Shown here: positions 62,558 to 64,000 of the stretch, piece by piece
Layout of the letters: every line of letters starts with the position of its first letter
Position numbering within the stretch: position 1 is the first letter of the stretch
NCBI GenBank assembly: GCA_017499595.2
Contig: CM039004.1
Span: 3,410,001-3,474,000 of the forward strand
Reading direction: 5' to 3'
Source of the DNA: Psilocybe cubensis
Lineage: Eukaryota
Length of the DNA: 64,000 nucleotides
Position numbers and translations under genes: made by a program
The notes under the pieces: model-generated
The model's database searches: none
Told to the model about the DNA's origin: nothing
The model's input: only the letters and a program-made list of their open reading frames with translations

Positions 62558-64000
62558 TCATCGGTTGTAAGATTTGGATATTCTGCCGAATTCTGGATGT
62601 TCCCTCTCTTGTGAGATTGAACGTCTATGAAGTATTATCTCGTTATCGCTTTCGATACTTATCTGTTCAGCAGCTTCAACTAAAGCAGAGTGATAAGTTT
62701 CATTAACGTTTTGAGTTTCGGGAACAACACCACCTTTTTCAGCGATGTCTTCATCCAGTTTACGAAAGACTGTTTTCTTCCACACATTTGCAAGGTCGAA
62801 AAGATTAGTATTGCGTTTTTGCGATACTATCCAACGACTTCCGAGTAGTCCTATCTTCCTCAAATCCGGTACGAACTCAGTTTCTCCGTCCACGAGGATC
62901 TTTGTGAACAGCTCCGGGCGAACATCATCGAGGTCGTGAACGTAATTTGGATCTGGTTTGATAAGGGGTCTGGACGAGTCTGCACTATACAGACCTTTCT
63001 CGGCATGTTCATACCATGCCGACCAGTACTCGGTAACAGTTTTTCCAAGTTCAGCAGCTGAAAACCAATTCCATACCTGATCAAACCTGGTTTTAAGTAC
63101 AAGAATGGATTCGTCGTGCTCTGCGACTCGTAAAGCGAATCGCTTTTCCCAACGTTCTTGTATATTCTTCTTACACCAAGACATGACTAGGTTTTCGTGA
63201 TAACCGCGCATCAAATAGAGAGCGTTAAGGTCTCTAATTGCTCCAATGTAGATTTCCTTGGTACTACATAGCACGGCTAACCTGGATAACTCTCCAATGT
63301 AGACGCCACGTTTGACGTCCAAAGGATGATGTGATACCCATGGAACTCGTTCTCGGTTGTTTCCTGTCTTGACAAATGGCTTCCAATGAAGTTTTCCAGA
63401 CTCCTTGAATATGAAAGCATCGAGAAATTGACATCCCGACGAGGAAACAGCCCATTCGATAACACAACCATCGAACTTTATTGTTTCTTTAATAAGATTA
63501 AGTGCAAGTGCTTCGGACTCGGCGTAAACAATTGCGAAACAATCGTCGATGTACCTTCCATAGAAGGCCACATTTGGGTGGTCTAAGATTTTTGACTTTA
63601 TTTCAAAATGGGCTCCAAAGAGGTTAGCAAGGTCCGGGGAATCCGCGACGCCCATTGCGAGGCCATTTTTTTGTCTAAAATATCTAGACCCATGTTGTGT
63701 TATCAATTGCGTATTGCCAATCTCGATAGCACGTTTAAAGATGCCTAATTTAACCAAGTTATTCTCTAACGAATTTGGTTTAATATGGGCTAATGCAGTG
63801 TTTTCTTCCGAAGTGTTGAGTAACCATTCCTCGTACATACTACAAACGATTTCGATGCACAGGTCCAACGGGATATTGGGATAGAAAGCAACTACATCTC
63901 CAGTGACAAAATACCATTGTCTTTTGGAGTCTATACGCAATTGGCTTAATCTCGTAAAGAGATCCTTCGTTCCGTGTATGATTGAAGGAGTCGATTTAAT
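62558..64000 (-). CDS. Penelope-like RT, C-terminal part (partial)
   Basis: Nearly identical to the C-terminal part of the 1176-aa ORF, including YGRYIDD. Confidence 0.9.
   Translation of the reverse strand: MKSTPSIIHGTKDLFTRLSQLRIDSKRQWYFVTGDVVAFYPNIPLDLCIEIVCSMYEEWLLNTSEENTALAHIKPNSLENNLVKLGIFKRAIEIGNTQLITQHGSRYFRQKNGLAMGVADSPDLANLFGAHFEIKSKILDHPNVAFYGRYIDDCFAIVYAESEALALNLIKETIKFDGCVIEWAVSSSGCQFLDAFIFKESGKLHWKPFVKTGNNRERVPWVSHHPLDVKRGVYIGELSRLAVLCSTKEIYIGAIRDLNALYLMRGYHENLVMSWCKKNIQERWEKRFALRVAEHDESILVLKTRFDQVWNWFSAAELGKTVTEYWSAWYEHAEKGLYSADSSRPLIKPDPNYVHDLDDVRPELFTKILVDGETEFVPDLRKIGLLGSRWIVSQKRNTNLFDLANVWKKTVFRKLDEDIAEKGGVVPETQNVNETYHSALVEAAEQISIESDNEIILHRRSISQEREHPEFGRISKSYNR

Larger units (their letters stand above)
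61713..64000 (-). mobile_element. Coprina-type element copy 4 (runs off the window)
   Basis: Same terminus, ribozyme and 3' UTR as the other copies, followed by an open RT frame. Confidence 0.92.

Overview
Repeat-rich subtelomeric DNA from a eukaryote, most likely an agaricomycete basidiomycete (short GT/GC-AG introns with CTGAC/CTAAT branch sites, KDZ transposase, Coprina-type retroelement). The G-rich (TTTAGGG)n strand is +, so the chromosome end lies to the right. From left to right: (1) 1-7.3 kb, degenerate dispersed repeats and a host-gene fragment. (2) ~7.36-19.52 kb, a KDZ DNA transposon with a CxC2-KDZ transposase, four cargo genes and inverted subterminal TTATCCA/TGGATAA arrays. (3) 19.7-23.3 kb, tandem exon-intron repeats, cut off by telomeric repeats. 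(4) 23.3-31.0 kb and 61.7-64 kb, four co-oriented copies of an endonuclease-less Penelope-like (Coprina-type) retroelement. Each has a type I hammerhead ribozyme and a GA-sheared GCGAAGC DNA hairpin at its telomere-attached end. In the full copy, a 61-nt GC-AG intron appears to switch output between ORF1 and an ORF1-RT fusion. (5) Three copies (31021, 44953, 58081) of an unclassified 'X module' with a fixed end, CTAAGCTTATT-C7-GAA-G7, followed by 41-bp-periodic palindromes. At least two copies are joined one-sidedly onto truncated elements. (6) 50.5-58.1 kb, a Ty3/Gypsy LTR retrotransposon whose 3' LTR is cut by X. The window reads as a record of repeated chromosome-end breakage and extension by telomeric repeats, the retroelement and the X module. 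No database searches were run; family assignments come from recalled motifs.
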